A stretch of 64,000 nt of DNA. Origin: an uncultured delta proteobacterium (lineage in GTDB: Bacteria; Myxococcota_A; Polyangia; Haliangiales; Haliangiaceae). The position numbers and the translations under genes are program-made. Under the pieces are notes generated by a model, which made no database searches, had not been told where the DNA came from, and saw only the letters and a program-made list of their open reading frames with translations. Of this stretch, positions 62,018 to 64,000 are shown in pieces (positions within the stretch are counted from its first letter, which is position 1; each line of letters opens with the position of its first letter). The DNA is taken from assembly GCA_963848295.1 (NCBI GenBank), contig CAWKDB010000010.1, forward strand, positions 1,920,001-1,984,000, read 5' to 3'.

Positions 62018-64000
62018 GTCTTCGACTCCACTGTATCTAGAAGTTTGGAGTGTCGCGACAACCAACGCTGGAGCGCCTCGCGTGCATCGTCATCCAAATC
62101 ACCGGCGAGCTCGCGCTTCACTCTGTCGATCGCGTTGATCACGCCCTGTCGTGCTGCATCGACCTCGGCGACATGTTGGAAGGCCCCTCCAGCTGGATTC
62201 GGGATGGCAACCCCTCGGTTTTCCTTGATCACCGCGGCGAGATCGTCCGGCGTCATATGATCGCGAACCGCGCGTTCTGCGCGACGCAAAACGTTCTGCG
62301 TCGCCTGTGGCACCGCAGTGAGGTCCGCTTCGCGTGAGTCCTTGAGGACACGATTCCGCTCGTTCGCAACCTCCTCGAGGTCGCGCTGCTCATCGGCGGC
62401 CAAGGGTTGCGGCAGGTTCTTCCCCGTGTTCGAGAGCTGCGCCTCGGGCGTTCCCTTTGTCTTCGGCGCTTCAGGCGCGTGTCCTGCAACTGGCAGTTCT
62501 TGCGTATCGGCCGCGGCTTTCACCTCATCGATTTCGGGTGGGCCTCCAGCGCCTGACATCCTCCGAGTTTCTGCTGCAGCCTTCACCTCGTCGAACTCAG
62601 GCGGCGCGACGGCACTCATCGGCTTCGTTACCTTCGCAGCAGCGGCCTCGCTCTGCATCGCACGATCAATGTCGCCGCCGATCTGGTCGATGTGGCGCGC
62701 CTTGAGCGAGGCTACTTTCTCGCCCTCGTCCCAGAAGTCACCCATCAGACTGTTGTCATTGAAAAGGGCGCGATTGGGAGAGCGACCGAGCTCCTCGTAC
62801 TCGTCGAGTAAGCCGATCTGATGCGATAGCTCGTGGGCAGCGACCTCCTCGCTGGCGTCGTCGGTAAGCCAGCGGTACTGATGCGTCTTCTTCACGCGAA
62901 ACCCGGTCGCGGGATCGTACGGGCACTCGATGTCGACCACCAGATCCGCCTCTGCAGGATCATCGACGAAGTTGATGCGAACGTGAAGGTTGCTGCCGTC
63001 TTGAAGCGTGTGGAGGCGCTTGCCGTCCTTGAAGTTGTAGAAGCGATCGATTCCGTTCTTGGAGTGATCCTTCATGATCTCGATCTCGACGTCGTTCACC
63101 GCTTCGCCGGGACGCATATGTACGTCGAGCGTGATCTCGGTCAGCGGACCGTCCGCTGCCTCGAACTTCCGAACGTCGAACTTGCTATCGACGATAACGC
63201 TACCGTCGTAACGCCTGTTCTTGACCTCGGTGACATGCGCGGCTTCGCGCGCCTCCGCCTCCTTGAGCTCGGCTTCGAACTTCTCGTAGTGCGGACCGCG
63301 TGAGACGTTGGTAGCGCCTTCAACTTCGCCGCGAATCTGCTCGGGTGCCCCGAGGTTCGCCTGCGTCACCGCGACCTCGGTCGCCGGCTCGCCGACCTTC
63401 GCGAGCGCCGTCTCGGTCTTCGCCGCGTCGGCCGCCTCGCCCGGCATGCGCGGTGCGCTGTCCGCGAGCTCCGCGTCGCCCGCGACTTCCTGAACGCCTT
63501 TATCGACGATCTCGGCCTTTGCCTCTTGAGTCGCGCCGTGCTCGACGAGCTCGCCTGCGGTCTTCTCGCCGATTTCGACTGCATCACCGCCGATCGCGCC
63601 GACCTTGCGCATCTGGGCGAACCTGGCGACGCCCACGGTCGCGAGATCGACGACGGCGTCGATCGCCAGCAACTTCGTATCGTCGGCCGGGTCGTAGGCT
63701 TCGCCCGCGACGGACTTCTTGATCGCCATCGTCGCGAGCCCGGACGCGATGTCGATGAGCGCAAACAGCTCCGGCTGCGCCGTTAGTAGCGCGGCGATCT
63801 TCGCGATCGTCGCGAAGATGTGACCGAGGTGTTCGCCGAGCTTGATCTTCTCCTCGCGCTGAACGTCGAGCGTTTGCGCGAGGTTCTGGTCGATCTCGCG
63901 GAACTCGGCGTCGGAGACTCCCGACTTGAGCTCGCGCGGTCCCAGGCCGAACGGATCCGCCGCCGGTCGAAGCATGTCGTCTTGAACGAGCAGCTGCTCG
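62014..64000 (-). CDS. Polymorphic toxin (5' end outside window): HExxH metallopeptidase domain plus C-terminal Ntox28-like domain
   Basis: Frame open to the window edge. AAHELSHQIGLLDEY...SLM, and C-terminal DHMTPDDL...G..IPNPAGGAFQHVAEV..A..G. Confidence 0.75.
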   Translation of the reverse strand, partial: EQLLVQDDMLRPAADPFGLGPRELKSGVSDAEFREIDQNLAQTLDVQREEKIKLGEHLGHIFATIAKIAALLTAQPELFALIDIASGLATMAIKKSVAGEAYDPADDTKLLAIDAVVDLATVGVARFAQMRKVGAIGGDAVEIGEKTAGELVEHGATQEAKAEIVDKGVQEVAGDAELADSAPRMPGEAADAAKTETALAKVGEPATEVAVTQANLGAPEQIRGEVEGATNVSRGPHYEKFEAELKEAEAREAAHVTEVKNRRYDGSVIVDSKFDVRKFEAADGPLTEITLDVHMRPGEAVNDVEIEIMKDHSKNGIDRFYNFKDGKRLHTLQDGSNLHVRINFVDDPAEADLVVDIECPYDPATGFRVKKTHQYRWLTDDASEEVAAHELSHQIGLLDEYEELGRSPNRALFNDNSLMGDFWDEGEKVASLKARHIDQIGGDIDRAMQSEAAAAKVTKPMSAVAPPEFDEVKAAAETRRMSGAGGPPEIDEVKAAADTQELPVAGHAPEAPKTKGTPEAQLSNTGKNLPQPLAADEQRDLEEVANERNRVLKDSREADLTAVPQATQNVLRRAERAVRDHMTPDDLAAVIKENRGVAIPNPAGGAFQHVAEVDAARQGVINAIDRVKRELAGDLDDDAREALQRWLSRHSKLLDTVESKT

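Overview
High-GC window that looks like a myxobacterium (Kofleriaceae/Haliangiales-like; taxon inferred from gene content). From left to right: (1) 1-3.8 kb is a mobile and decayed zone with an IS3-family element, an intact IS10-group IS4 element with a perfect 9-bp target duplication, and two remnants of the glucoamylase-like gene found intact at 38.9 kb. (2) 3.8-15.9 kb is an alternative complex III (actA-F, actG-like) plus SCO and caa3 oxidase operon. (3) 15.8-20.8 kb holds an EmrAB-type efflux pair, a secreted beta-helix lipoprotein and an alpha/beta hydrolase. (4) 21-31.2 kb is a candidate new RiPP cluster: a B12-radical SAM C-methyltransferase, a kinase-STAND-WD40 protein, an unannotated 46-aa double-glycine precursor (core IAVHNAGCAFT) with its own promoter, a methyltransferase and a YpdA-like flavoenzyme, with RRE-like winged-helix appendages inferred on all three enzymes. 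(5) 31-41.5 kb holds stress and glucan/glucose genes, including a frameshifted zwf. (6) 41.6-60.3 kb holds prc, a MoxR/Bat operon, a two-component system, transporters and lipoproteins. (7) 60.3-64 kb is a polymorphic toxin (HExxH metallopeptidase plus Ntox28-like tip) followed by three copies of an unrecognised putative immunity domain: HEAT-fused, standalone and decayed. All family calls come from motif reading; no searches were run.
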